DNA of 64,000 nt from Microthyrium microscopicum. Lineage: Eukaryota. A program made the translations under genes and the position numbers. The stretch covers positions 321,530 to 385,529 of the forward strand of contig MU004238.1 in the NCBI GenBank assembly GCA_010405405.1, written 5' to 3'. A model generated the notes under the pieces. The model was not told the DNA's origin. It searched no databases and saw nothing but the letters and a program-made list of their open reading frames with translations. Of the stretch, positions 36,037 to 49,080 are shown piece by piece (the stretch's first letter is position 1; the number at the start of each line of letters is the position of its first letter).

Positions 36037-36810
36037 CGTAGTTTGAAATTTTGCAAGGGTTGAAGTTGTAAATATTGAGTATCAAGCAATGAAATTTCAG
36101 GTCATACTGGCATTTAACCGTCTGGCTGGAACATGAAATGTTCTTATATTCAATTTGGGAGCGACCGTGAGAAGTGAGATTGAGAAAAGACTGCGCGCTT
36201 CAGGCCCCATAAGGATAGGCCGGCCGGATTCAGGCCTTGCATGTTCTCCCTGTCGTTTAGCGGGTAGAGAGGACATGGGAGATCTGTCGTGTCTGACATG
36301 AGCCACGCAAGTCAGAATCCCGACATATGTCGATCTCGGCGTAGCGGTCTTTTCAATCCAAAGCTGGGAATCCGAGATTATGTGGCCAACATCCTAGGCT
36401 GATACCATGAATCTTCTCCCAAGTCAGTACTATTTCTGTCTTTGACACCAATACACATCGTTTACTTGAACACTACTAGGATGATTGTGGTTACAATCGA
36501 GCCCCTAATCGGGATCAATGGCAAACAATACACAAAAAGAGTACAGAGGGGAATTTGATTCTGATTTGTTTGTTGGTCTGAATATCGAGTAGGCAACGGC
36601 CGGTCTATACGTCGTATTTATCCACGATGGACTAATGTAACAAGAAAGTACTAGGTACGAATACCTGCACTGCTTAGAAATTGAAGTGTCCATATATTAT
36701 TTACGGGAGACCTTTTCGGGCCAGAAAATTGTGTTTCTGTGACCAGTGGATGTGCTTTTGTTCATCTAACCGTCGTATGACGGATTGTCTCGTTTTGTGT
36801 GTGGCTTTCG

Positions 36811-37248
36811 CTATTGCACTATATCGGATGACCTTGGACGATAAAGTAAGGTGACCATTGCAAGAAGTGCTATTGCAGCTCCTGGAACAGCGTGAAAGGC
36901 CCCTTTGCCAATTGAACTCATTTTGTAGAGAAAGTAGCCGTCAGTGCCTGCCACGACAAAACCGAGGATGGAAAGAAGAGTGGCCATCTCATACCATTGA
37001 CGTTGAGAGGCAAACACGAGTAGAGTGATGCCCGTTGCAAGCTGGCGTACACCCATCAGCGAGATGTATGCTGTGGTAACGGTGTTGACGGACTTGGAAT
37101 ATCTATCCTGGCTTTCAAAAGACAGTACTGGTATTCCGAACGACGCCGCGAACCCGACGGGGTCCAGCATAGCTTGGATTCCGGTAAATGTGGCAGCACA
37201 GGCGAAAATGATGCTGACGCACTGGAAAGTGGTGAGGATGATGAGCAT
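36811..37248 (-). CDS. DUF4267-like small integral membrane protein
   Basis: Four hydrophobic segments with 'P..FAASFGIP', 'MGVRQLATG', 'VAGTDG' and 'FHAVPG'. Confidence 0.75.
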   Translation of the reverse strand: MLIILTTFQCVSIIFACAATFTGIQAMLDPVGFAASFGIPVLSFESQDRYSKSVNTVTTAYISLMGVRQLATGITLLVFASQRQWYEMATLLSILGFVVAGTDGYFLYKMSSIGKGAFHAVPGAAIALLAMVTLLYRPRSSDIVQ

Positions 37249-38063
37249 AGCTTTTCTCCCTCAATACAAGAATTATGTAGTAAAAACTGGTGGAAGGTTT
37301 TGTCACGTAAAGGTTATGGAATGGACAGTGAAGGGCCGTCATAGAAGTACAAGAAGTACATGTGTTCTACCTACTACTCGTGCTCTACTCCGCCCCAGCC
37401 CCCATTACATTCTCAGCCCTGAAGTCTAGAGTAGTACCTGATGGTCTGCCCTTTCAGGAGGAATCTGCGACTTTTCAATAATCCCAGTATCTTACATACC
37501 GACTTTGTTGGTCAACTCGTTGATATGCAAAGGCATCCATAGTATCAATTTTGAAGGTAAACACTAATCACATTCGCGAGTCAAAATAGCTCCAGCGCCT
37601 CCGTCACGAACTGGACATCAAGTATAATGTACCTAGGCAATTCTGATAGGCTCATTTGATAAGGTTATTCAAAATTTGAAATGCCGGCGAACACAAGTTC
37701 ATTCGGCCTTGATACAACTTCTGAATGTATCTTGCAGATATTAGGCAATACCGGTAGCGTATACCAAAAGATATGGTTCTCCTGTATCTTTTGCTTGGAC
37801 GCAAAGAGAAAAGACAAATTGCCGGCGAAATTTATAATTTGTGTGTCCTTAATCTGCAAAGCAATATATCGTTGTGCTATAAATTTACCCGAAAGGCATT
37901 TGATATTAGCATCACTTGCAAAAAACAGAATTATGGCTTATTTCATAAATTTAGATTTTACTAAACCATGCAACCCAAGACCGAGAAAATGAATATAACC
38001 ACTTCATGCCACTAAGCTCAAACCTGATGTACTAATTACATCAATTTTGTCGTTCAGTAAGGT

Positions 38064-40018
38064 ATGTATCAAAAGGCGTTGCTTATTCTCGCAACTATTG
38101 CGCTGTGTGCTGGAGCACAAAAGGTTGCGGAATATGACTATGTGGTAGTTGGCAGCGGTCCAGGAGGTGGGCCATTGGCTTGCGATTTAGCTAGAGCAGG
38201 ATATTCAACTCTACTTCTTGAGGCCGGGGATGATCAAGGCGATAATCCAACATATGCTAATCTGGGGAACTTTGAAAAAGCTGGAAGCGACGTTCTCTCT
38301 CGATGGGACTTTTGGGTAAAACATTCTGATGACCAAGAGCGAGAACATAGATTCCACAAGACTACCTGGCAATTACCAAATGGAACCTACTATATTGGAC
38401 TTGATCCTCCTAAGGAAGCGAAACGACTTGGAAAACAATACCCAAGATCAGCTACTCTTGGTGGATGTGCAATGCATAATGCTGGCGTATGTTCTCTGCC
38501 ACAAGATGAGGATTGGAATATTATCGTGAACAAAACCGGAGATGCCAGCTGGACGGCACAGAACATGAGGAAATACCTGGCAAAGATTGAGAAAAATCTT
38601 TATGCTCCAACCGGCTCAGCGGCGCATGGCTTCGATGGTAAGTAAAACATATCGATACAGCAACACCTGCTGATCTGATTACAGGATGGCTGTCTACAAC
38701 TGATAGTGACCTTTCTTGGACCAAAAACGAAAGTCTGCCAGCAACCAAGATTATGAAAGAATTAGCCAAGCTGTTGGGGCACAAGGAGTCTGATGCAACA
38801 ACACTAGCGAAGACTGATATTCTCGGAGATTATCCTAATAGAGACCAAATATCAAGTCTGTACAGTATGGTTCAACATCAAGACAGGGCTGGAAAGCGTT
38901 CAAGTCCTAACAACTACATTAAGGCGACACTTAGCGATCCCAAAAAGTACCCTCTGACTGTTCAGCTCAACTCGTTAGTCACAAGAGTTTTGTTTGCAAA
39001 TGGTACAAAACTTCCTACCGCGATCGGTGTTGAAGTCATGACTGGTCAATCACTTTACAAAGCAGACCCTCGACATAAAGTTGGAACAAAAGGGCAGACT
39101 TCCAGGATTATGGCCAAGAGGGAGGTCATTGTATCTGGTGGTACTTTCAATACTCCACAGATTCTCAAATTGAGTGGAATTGGTCCTGCTGAGGAGTTGA
39201 AGAAATTTGGCATTGCCATTGTCAAGGAGCTTCCAGGTGTTGGTGAAAATATGGCAGACAATTATGAAGGTAGTATCATTGGTATTGGCCAAACACCAGC
39301 TGGTACTTTTACTCCTGTTGGAGCGCCTGGACTTACCACTGCCATCTTCAAAACATCATCCTCGCCCAAAAACCGTAACATTTACACATGGTGCGGTCCA
39401 TTTTCTTTCGAAGGATTTTGGCCAGGCTTCCCAGAAAACCATGGGCCCAATCAGTGAGTACCTTTTCTAATTCGCTCACACTCCCTGAGACCGATATCTA
39501 ACTGTTATATCAATAGATATGAATGTGCTATGGTTCACATAGGACCAAAATCACAGGCTGGCTATGTACATCTGACAAGTGCAGATCCACAAGATGTGCC
39601 TGATATCAACCTTAACTTTTTCAAAAACAATGGAGATCAGGACTTGCAAGAAATAGTGGAGGGAGCCAATTTACTTCGTAAATCATGGCAGGCTGCTGGC
39701 TCTACAGTATTGCCTTTCAACGAACTGCACCCTTGTCCAGGAACTGGCGCTGGAAATTGTACAGATGCTGCCCAGCGTGAGTACATTAGAGACCAAACAT
39801 ATTCTCATCACGCGACTTCAACTTGTGCTATTGGAGGTGAGAATGACAGAATGGCTGTTCTGGATAACAAGTTCCGCGTTCGTGGTGTTAGGAACCTTCG
39901 AGTGGTTGATGCTTCAGCGTTCCCGGTTGTTCCTGGAGCATTCCCTGTACTACCAACATATATGATATCAGCAAAGGCGGCGGAGGATATTTTGGCCGAA
40001 GCAAAGAATCAATCGTGA
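38064..40018 (+). CDS. Secreted GMC oxidoreductase (AA3); exons 38064-38637, 38685-39453, 39517-40018
   Basis: Signal peptide, [15 protein letters not shown] motif, [48 protein letters not shown]. Confidence 0.95.
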
Positions 40019-40528
40019 GACATAGCATCACAAGATTGGGTCCGAAAAGCCAAATTTAGACGTAAGAAACAAAATGGACACAATGAGAGCCTAAGATTTT
40101 GTGGAAAGATCATTTGCAGAATCATTTCGACTGGACTCCTTCGGGCAGTGTGTGATCGGATCCACTGTAGACTGTCCTTCAATTGAATTCTAGCCTGTAT
40201 GAGAATCTTTTAGCCCTGTATCATGGAGTTAACAAATACCTCAGTCAGCAGGTATCATAGAAACACGTACCTAGGTAGGCAGGCGTCTTTATGACATCTT
40301 GATCAGCTTAAATGAAGTTATGCACTCTTTGCAATGAGACATGGGGGAGATTACTACCGCCTCAATGCAGCAGGCCATTTTCCCAAACCTGATTACCAGA
40401 ATCACTACCGCGTTGTTGTCACAATTATGTAGAGATCGTGAGACTGTAGGTTGTTAATCGCTGGGAGAGTAGGTTATCGACGAATGCATTGTCTATTAGT
40501 TACGTATAAAGTAATTGGTATCGGAAAC

Positions 40529-41797
40529 TTATGCAGCGTGAGCAAAGCCAATGCGTGCCTTTCCAGCGAGAGGCGATTCGTGAACCACGAACAAACCCTT
40601 CATGAACACGTCACCGAAAATGCTAAATGGCATAGGCAAATCTCTTTGAATGCCACCAAAACATGTAGTACCAACGGATTGATAGTTCATGTTCTCTCCA
40701 GGCACCGTGACCTTTTTGCCACCAACAATGACAGACATGTCAGGAAGTTTAGCACCGCAAGGGAAGTTCCATTGAGAACCAGTGAATCTTGCGCCTTGTA
40801 CTTGTCCCCAGTATTCGTCAGCCATGACCTTTGGCATATACCATAGAGACGATCCAGTGTCTGATATAGCCTGGAAGCTGACTGTCCTTGCGGTACCGTT
40901 GCCAATTTGATACCCGCCAACCTGGAATCCCCAGTGTCCTCGGCTGTTCAAAGCATCGGTGTATGCAATTTCTCCCTTGTACTTGCTCTTATCAATGTAT
41001 CCAAAATCATAAGAACCAGTGGTCTTGCGTTTTAGTGACGCAGTGAAAACTGGGGCTGAGAGCTTTGGACGAATATTGTCGAACCATGTTTGTTGACGAG
41101 TTGGCTTGATGGTGTTGAGTTTGCTGAATCCCAAGCCTAACAGACCATCCATCCCTCTTTCTCGAATAAATGTTGCAGACATTGTTGTGGCAGCTTCAAC
41201 AGCCTGGTTTGGAACAGTCAAGGCTCCAATGGTTACTTTGTCGAGGTAAACTTTGCCACCTGCCGAGCTGGAATCACCATATCGGATTGTCCACGATGCT
41301 CCTTCTAGTACTTTTGCACCGGATGTAATTGGATCGTAGATTTTGTTGGCGGGATGGTTTGCCTTGAGTTGGGCGGGAAGGAGTGTGGAAATGACCCAAC
41401 TAGAAATTGTTAGTACCTTTATTTTTTCGTGTTGTTGAAGTTTGGGAACTTACAGATCCGAGGACCCCGTGTCAAGATCCAAAGATAGATTATGGTTTCC
41501 GACTTGCACATCGATCAGGTACTGAATATCACCACGAACTGATCGCGCAGCTGTGGTTGTTTCGCCAGGAGGCATCTGCATATCACGTTCTGCTGCTTCT
41601 TGAATCGCTGTTGGCGACTTGATGCCATATCTCATGGCAGTACGATGCATTGATATCGCTCCACTCCATGGTCCCGTTCGGTTGTAGGCAGTTTGTTGCA
41701 AAGTAAACTTCCCCTGCTTAGCTAAAGTATCCAGAGCGGCCCCAAAGGCAGTTGCTGTAAGAACCGAGAACGTTGCCCATGTTGATAGAGGAGACAT
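40529..41797 (-). CDS. Secreted A1 aspartic protease (aspergillopepsin/endothiapepsin-like); exons 41797-41454 and 41399-40529
   Basis: Two catalytic motifs, LDTGSSDLWV and SDTGSS, plus DGLLGLGF and IFGDVF. Confidence 0.95.
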
Positions 41798-43401
41798 GTT
41801 GACTTCCTGGAGCAATGGATTCTGCCAAAGCTCGCCAGCTTGATAAGATGATGGTACATCCGATTGCTTATATTGTCCATTGCAGCACTTCACTCGCGGC
41901 AATTACAAAGTGATCAATTTCAGTCAATATATTGGATACTGTCGGAACTAAACTAGGGTACTGAGTGACAGTAAGGTGCATAAATAAAGGTTTCGGCTTT
42001 ACCCTAGAGCATGTCTGGGTGGCGGACTGCCCTCCAGCCTAATCTGGCCTCGAATGCACTTTAGAGATCAGGAACCACGGATCAAATAGAGCGTTCCATC
42101 AGATAGCGAAAGAGTCCCTGTATAATCCGCAAAGATCGCCAAGAGAATATGAAACCCGTCAAGGAGAAGGTTGGAAGTAGTTCAAGGACGCTGAAGTGAA
42201 TTCTCCGCCAAATCTTGTCTGTGCAGTATTGAAAATAGAATCAAACTGATCTATAGGGTTCCCCCTCATTTTCATGTAGAGCATTTCCAAGATGGGAAGT
42301 TTAGCTAATTTGAACCTGGGTATCCTACCCTATATAATGTTCTTCTTGGGACCTTGAGGGACCTGGATGTAGCTTTTCGAGGATGATCTTAGCTATTACG
42401 AATCGAATAGCATCATTGATCGAGTTTTAAATCCGGATGGACCTGAGTGTTACCTGGTAGCATGTTGGAAGAGACCAAAATTTTGGTCACTTGAACAAAT
42501 GATACCAGACCCTGGCCATTGACTAAATGTGGAGTGACTTGGAGCAGAGCCGAAGTAGTGTAATTCGCCCCGATAAGCAAACCCAATATATCACTCATGC
42601 GCAAAAGTCGGCACTGGATTATAGCATGCGGCTGAAAGTACCTGGACCTTGTTGCTGATTGTTATTGATTTCTAATTGTGCTCGGAAACTACCTACAGAG
42701 AGTGATTCCTGAATATTTCCGCCGGGTTACTCCAAGGCTTCACAGGTCTCAGTGGTTATAATCATCATGGCCTTCTCTGCGCCAAAGTGTGAAAATCGCC
42801 GGTTTCCTGATATATGTGCTAGAGAGCTCGATTCTGAATCGCCTCGCCTCCTCTGGCTGAGGAAAAGAAACCCATGCTGGAAGTCGCCGTCATGGACTTC
42901 TGAAGCTTCATCAAACTCTGACTGATATGTGGAGATCGTGACCTTTCAATTCACTGCTTATTTTGCCACAACCAGACTGATCCATGTGCTGAGCTGATCC
43001 TCAAGGACATCAAGACTGATCTCAGAAGCCCGGTTGCCATGCTTTCCCAAGATTTCTGGGAGTCTTGCGCATATTCATATCGCAGCTGTCTGAACAAATT
43101 GGTCGATGAACAAGTTGGCCCACTTTGCCACATTTCTTCTTATCCGAAGTCCTGGCTGTTAGGCAAGGCATGTCCTTTAAAACCGGAATCCCTATTACGT
43201 GGCCACTTGGAATATTTCTTTGGAGCCGCATGAAAACCGAAATATTTCTGGCGAGCTCTCCTGGACAACAAATACACGCGTCCCATGTGAACACAGTTTC
43301 GATTTTCATTCGTGGTAGGTGTCCAATGCAACCTTTGGGCAAGCAATACGGTTTCTTTTGCATCAAAGTTCTTGCAGCTACTGCAATCTCCCAGCCTCAT
43401 T

Positions 43402-44390
43402 TCATGCTATAGATTTGCTGCTGAGACAATCTCGGTTTGAGTCGGGCAAGTAGTGTTCCAGCCTGTATACTCCTCTCAATTCCAATCTCAACACCAATCG
43501 AGCTGAAAGTGTGGAAAGAGCAAGTCGAGCTATAACAGACAGAGCATCTACGAAACATGGAGTAAAGAAGAGAGTAGTATAGTCGCGAACGCCGACGATG
43601 AAAGTGCCAAGAGCGATGGAAGCCAGTGTAAAGCCTGGGCGTATAAGATACAGATCGAGTTAATGCTGAGGAAGTGAGGACGACGTATGCAGCTATTGAT
43701 GGATTCTCGGCACCAGCATCCTATCAGCCAAACGGGAAGTGGGGAACCGGTCCATATAAATGGCAGATAAGTAAATCTGCAATTCCAAGTCATCATGGTG
43801 AATATGCCTAGCTGCACAGAACAGGTGAGAATATTGCCAATAGATCCAAGTAGGACCACGTATTGAAGAGCGGCTATCAGTCTGTTTCTTCTGGCACCGA
43901 TCTTAGTATTGCCTTCGTCGCCGCCGCGACTCGCTCTCCACGTGTCCAAAGTAATCTGCGGCTCGAAAATCTGATCGATATACGGTGACGGAGCGCTCAT
44001 GGCAAGAAGAAGTGAGAGCAGCGGCCGTCGCGTTGAAGTTGATGATATATCAGAAGCTCTGGGACCTATCAAAATCAATGATAGGGGTGCTAGTGCAAGG
44101 AGTAGCACCCCCATATGCTCTTGGAGACAAGAAAAACGGCTCTTGCAAAGACCCACAGCCGAGAAGTGTGCGGTATATTCATAAGAATTGGCCTGGCAGT
44201 GAGCGGTCAATTTCGATAGAGTGTTGTGATGAAGAATGTCGTAGTAAAAACGGACTAAGGCGTACAGCGTGTCTGTTGTCTTTAAGAAGAGAATATAGGG
44301 GTCCATGGTCACACTGTTTTGCTTGTTAGCTGTAAATGAAATCATCGAATCTTGGGAGAACCAAAGCATGACATATCGTGTCGTACCCAC
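43402..44390 (-). pseudogene. Multi-pass membrane protein gene with an apparent frameshift near 43555 (5' end uncertain)
   Basis: 280-codon hydrophobic ORF stops at 43550-43548. A shifted frame continues FVDALSVIARLALSTLSARLVLRLELRG to TGA 43404-43402. Confidence 0.45.
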
Positions 44391-44987
44391 CTAGACGATT
44401 GGCAAAGAATAGCTTGCGGTCTCGGGAAGTTTACAAGCCTGTGATATTGGAAGGCAGAAGTACCTCAGAGAGAGATCAGATGCGCGTGAAAATGATTTGA
44501 GTCTACCAGAATATCAAAGGCCCACTGCCGCGGAATGAGACTTCGCTATAAAGGCAAGTTATTACCCCGACTTGGTTGTCAAAGTGCATACTTGAGCAAG
44601 GGGCGCATGATGCTACAAGACACAACATACAACCAACACAGCCTGGCCCACTGGCAAACGTCCGATCGTTGACGCTTTGCATGTTTAAGCTGTGCTATGC
44701 GGCCAACACGACGGCACCAGCCACCAACTGCGATCAACAACAGTAGAAGAGAATACAGCCAGTCCAGCGGCAGAGGCAAAGAGACACAGTTTCACGGATT
44801 GTTGACAGAGTTGTGCTCGCGTTGATATCAAGATGGGATTACCTGTAGAATTTGCGGCATGAAGTTGGTGGTCGGCGTTCACGCATTCTGATTGGCCAGC
44901 CTCATTTTGTCCCAACTTCATACCAGAAAAGAATTTCTGCATTAAAACTCCAGTTTGAATTCCGCCGATCTCTAAAGATGTCTTAAC

Positions 44988-47900
44988 ATGCCGCCAAAGA
45001 CCCATCCTCTATCCACCGGCCTTCGTCTTCCACGCACAACATTTCCAGCTCGTCCGCCGCTCCCATCGCCCTACCTACGCGCCGCGACCTCCGACCTCTA
45101 CGCCTGGCAATCTAGGCAGACCGAGCGGCCCCGTTTCCTTCTACACGATGGTCCGCCCTACGCAAATGGGGATCTTCACCTTGGACATGCGGTGAACAAG
45201 TTGCTGAAAGACTTCATTCTCCGAAGTAAGATCGCGCGCGGTTATCGCGTAGAATATGTACCTGGCTGGGATTGCCATGGCCTGCCAATCGAGCTCAAAG
45301 CTGTCAAATCCGTGAAAGAAGGCGAAGCTAAGAATAGCGCTGTAAATATACGGCAAACGGCACGTCGATTTGCAGCGAAAACTGTTGAGAGACAAAAACA
45401 GTCGTTTCAAGAATGGGCAGTGCTGGGAGATTGGGAGAAATCATATCGAACCCTGGACTCGGCATACATACTTAGGCAGCTTGAAGTATGGAAAAGGCTG
45501 GTAGATCGAGGTCTAATATATCGAGCTAGGAAACCAGTCTATTGGAGCGCTGCTAGTGGGACGGCATTGGCTGAAGCTGAGCTTGAATATGATGAACATC
45601 ATGTTTCCACTTGGGCGTTTATAAGATATCCTTTGGCTGATGTGTCTGGAAGCTTGAAAAGTCTGGAGAATGTGGACTGGAGCAATGTTGGTGCTGTGAT
45701 ATGGACCACTACTCCCTGGACGCTGCCCGCGAACCGCGCGATTGCCATAAATGAAGCAATGGATTATTGCGTCGTGACACTGGGAAAAGACAAGCTACAG
45801 TGCCTTGTTGCAACTGAAAGATTGGAATACTTCGAGCAAAACGTTCATCAAGATATTGAAGTTGTTGCTTCAGGAATACCAGGAAGCCAATTATTGGATG
45901 CACGGTATCAGAACCCCTTTCAACAATCGAGGATTCAGCCCTTTCTTCACGGCGACTTTGTGACGTCTGCTATGGGCTCTGGCCTGGTTCATATGGCTCC
46001 TGGCCATGGCCATGATGACTATCAGGCGGCCAAAAAACATGGGCTTGAGACTTCATTCGCACCTGTCAATGGCCAAGGACGGTACACGGATGAAGCGTTT
46101 CCCGAAAATCCCGACTATTTGACTGGAAAAGCCGTTCATGGCGAGGGATCTGAGGCTGTCATATCCTATCTCACCACAAGAACACCGCCGGCTCTTCTAG
46201 CCAAGGGACAGTTCACCCACAAATATCCAATCGATTGGCGAACAAAGACTCCAGTGATTATACGAGCGACGGAACAATGGTTCGCAGACGTTGGTTCTAT
46301 CAAATCTGCAGCGATAGAATCACTCTCGTCTGTCAACTTTGTGCCCAAGAGTGGAAGATCGAGACTAGAAGCATTCATCAACAGTCGATCAGAATGGTGC
46401 GTCTCGCGCCAGAGAGCCTGGGGCGTTCCGATTCCAGCCTTGTACCGGACGGATACCCCTGACAGCGAGGCTGTCATGACTGTAGAAACCATTGAGCACA
46501 TCATGCAAGTAATTAAAGAACGTGGAGTGGATGCATGGTGGAAGGATGCTCCCGATGATAGAGCCTGGATCCCACCAAAACTGGAAGGCTCTTATATTCG
46601 CGGCACCGATACTATGGATGTCTGGTTCGATAGTGGAACAAGCTGGATGGCGCTACAAGAACAGGGCAAAATGCCTGCCGATGTCTATCTTGAGGGCTCG
46701 GACCAACATCGTGGATGGTTCCAATCGTCACTTCTCACACATATTGCATATCGGACTGGAAAGCCACACGCGCCTTTCAAGACTCTAATAACACATGGAT
46801 TTACGCTGGATGAAAAGGGACAAAAGATGAGCAAATCCATTGGGAATGTCATTCCACCTGATGATATCATCAATGGCAAACTCGTCGGGAAGATAGCTGG
46901 CAAGAAAGGAAAGGGGGGCAAGGTCGACGCTCTAGGACCCGACGTCCTTCGATACTGGATTGCGTCTATGGACTTTACGAAGGATATGACCATTGGAAAG
47001 GAGGTCTTGGCAAATGTTCAGAACTCCTTGGTCAAAGTTCGAATAACGCTGAAATGGCTCCTTGGAGTACTCGATTCTTACGAGCCCTCCAAGATTCCAT
47101 CCCCAGAGCTCGTTGATTTATTCAAACTCGATCACAATGACTTCCCAAGCTTTTGGACCATGGAACAAGCGCGGGAGAAAATCAAAGAACCGTTTGCAAT
47201 AATAGACAACATCGCAGCCTGGTCTCTCTCCCAAACTACTCATCGAGTCCACACCGCATACGAGACCCATGACTTCGCACAAGGTATCGCTGCCATAAAC
47301 GCCTACATCAATCAAGATCTATCTTCATTCTACTTCGAGTCACTCAAAGACCGTCTATACGCCGGCACCTCAACTACCCGCTGCTTCGCCCTTTTCCAGG
47401 CCAAGCAGATATTCGATGGACTTCTCTCCATGCTTGCTCCAATCGCCCCTCTACTTGTAGAAGAAGCATGGTCTCATTTACCTGAACATCTCAAAGCACT
47501 CTACCCACCGGACTATCACCCATGCCGCGTCCAGATCACCATCACCGAGCCAACTGAGGCTGACGGGTTAACGAAGACGAGGAAAGACATCCTCATCCAA
47601 ACAAAGTCCGTCATCAGTGAAATGCAAGAACAGCTCCGCAACGACAAGCTTATCACCAGTGGTCTCCAGACTAACGCCTGGATCAGCGGCAACACTGCCA
47701 CAGCCCACCCTGTTATCCGTGGCTTACTTCTCGATCCTGCGCAGACAGAGATGCTGGCTGCTGTCACAGGTGTCAGCCAAGTTTTCCACGTGCCAGAAGA
47801 GGACCACATGGAGGCTTATATTGCCGAGAAGCCAGGCAAGGAACATAAATTCGAGATCGACGGCCAGTCTACGCATATCAAGATCTGGCTCGAAGAGTTT

Positions 47901-48131
47901 GATGACACCCATCAGTCATATTCTAAATGTGTTAGATGTTGGCGTTGGATGGAGCTGACGAAGGAAAGTAAAAAGGCGTTGTGTCAGCGTTGTGAGACGG
48001 TGGTTAAGGAGGAGTTCCCGGACAAATGGAACCAGGCTTATGACATGAAGATGGTAGAGAGCACGGTCACTGCGGGAACGGTCGCTGATGCTATGACTTT
48101 GCCATTGCTTGATGAGATTGATATACTCTGA
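44988..48131 (+). CDS. ISM1: Isoleucyl-tRNA synthetase, mitochondrial/bacterial type
   Basis: HDGPPYANGDLHLGH (HIGH), PGWDCHGLPIE, WTTTPWT, EGSDQHRGWFQS, KMSKS and a C-terminal CxRC..CxRC zinc finger. Confidence 0.95.
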   Translation: MPPKTHPLSTGLRLPRTTFPARPPLPSPYLRAATSDLYAWQSRQTERPRFLLHDGPPYANGDLHLGHAVNKLLKDFILRSKIARGYRVEYVPGWDCHGLPIELKAVKSVKEGEAKNSAVNIRQTARRFAAKTVERQKQSFQEWAVLGDWEKSYRTLDSAYILRQLEVWKRLVDRGLIYRARKPVYWSAASGTALAEAELEYDEHHVSTWAFIRYPLADVSGSLKSLENVDWSNVGAVIWTTTPWTLPANRAIAINEAMDYCVVTLGKDKLQCLVATERLEYFEQNVHQDIEVVASGIPGSQLLDARYQNPFQQSRIQPFLHGDFVTSAMGSGLVHMAPGHGHDDYQAAKKHGLETSFAPVNGQGRYTDEAFPENPDYLTGKAVHGEGSEAVISYLTTRTPPALLAKGQFTHKYPIDWRTKTPVIIRATEQWFADVGSIKSAAIESLSSVNFVPKSGRSRLEAFINSRSEWCVSRQRAWGVPIPALYRTDTPDSEAVMTVETIEHIMQVIKERGVDAWWKDAPDDRAWIPPKLEGSYIRGTDTMDVWFDSGTSWMALQEQGKMPADVYLEGSDQHRGWFQSSLLTHIAYRTGKPHAPFKTLITHGFTLDEKGQKMSKSIGNVIPPDDIINGKLVGKIAGKKGKGGKVDALGPDVLRYWIASMDFTKDMTIGKEVLANVQNSLVKVRITLKWLLGVLDSYEPSKIPSPELVDLFKLDHNDFPSFWTMEQAREKIKEPFAIIDNIAAWSLSQTTHRVHTAYETHDFAQGIAAINAYINQDLSSFYFESLKDRLYAGTSTTRCFALFQAKQIFDGLLSMLAPIAPLLVEEAWSHLPEHLKALYPPDYHPCRVQITITEPTEADGLTKTRKDILIQTKSVISEMQEQLRNDKLITSGLQTNAWISGNTATAHPVIRGLLLDPAQTEMLAAVTGVSQVFHVPEEDHMEAYIAEKPGKEHKFEIDGQSTHIKIWLEEFDDTHQSYSKCVRCWRWMELTKESKKALCQRCETVVKEEFPDKWNQAYDMKMVESTVTAGTVADAMTLPLLDEIDIL

Positions 48132-49080
48132 GCATCGGGTTCATTATATGAGTACGTGAGAGGCATTGTGTTGGTAGCATTGTATTAGTACTCTAGTGGC
48201 GGGCTGAAATTTACTCTACATACTCAGGCAGGACAATGCGAATACAGCGCCGTTGAAACGAGCCGAAAAAGCAGACAACAAGCTTAACATTCCGACAATC
48301 AAGATACAATACATCCTTCTATTCGTGTCATGTGGACCATGCCATCCTAGCTTGCCTATAACAGGTTAGTATAAGACTTAGAGGATGAAGTCAAACCGTA
48401 ATGAATTGATAAATTTTTGGCTTCATCACAGAATCCCATAAAACTGTATGGAAGCCATCGAATGTGTTGAGAGCCATCGAGTGTGTGGGAGCTATCGAAT
48501 GCTCTGGTAGTATCTCAATATCGTTGAATTCTCACCTTCAAGCTTGCATATGAGCACGGCGTGGGTCCACAGGACGTTCGGAAGATGTCGCTAACGCCTG
48601 ACAAGCTGTCAGTACTCGATCAATTATCAAAGGAAGCAAAACTTACATGCGTCGGGAGAGGAGTGCAATCAGAAACTGGCGAGGGGATCGGTGATTCTTC
48701 AGCAATTGCATTGCGATTTAAGGAGTCGGTGTACATTTCCTTCCAAAGTTTGACTTCTTTCTGCTTCAAACGCCAGTTTTTCTTTGTATTTTCGAACTTG
48801 TCTGCTAAAGACTCCAGGGTTGGGGCATGTTTTAGTCCCTTGTGATACATTTTGACCTTCATTTCTAGTTCGAATACCTCTTCTTCCTGTGATTCGTCAG
48901 CACAAGTAGAATTGCTCAGAAGTTCCATCGCTTCTTATGGCTATCATCGCATTCGATGGCTCCCATATAATGTGTTACACTGGATAGTTGCTCTCGTCCT
49001 TGGTGGAAATTATAGAGTTTTGCCAATAATACAATATGTGGAAGCCCTTGAAGGCGATAGCAACCATAAAGAGTAACAAG

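Noticed and set aside
37660..38000. AT-rich patch upstream of the GMC gene with weak GGTTA..TAACC ends
   Set aside because: The inverted match is too short and there is no clear target-site duplication, so it cannot be called a MITE.
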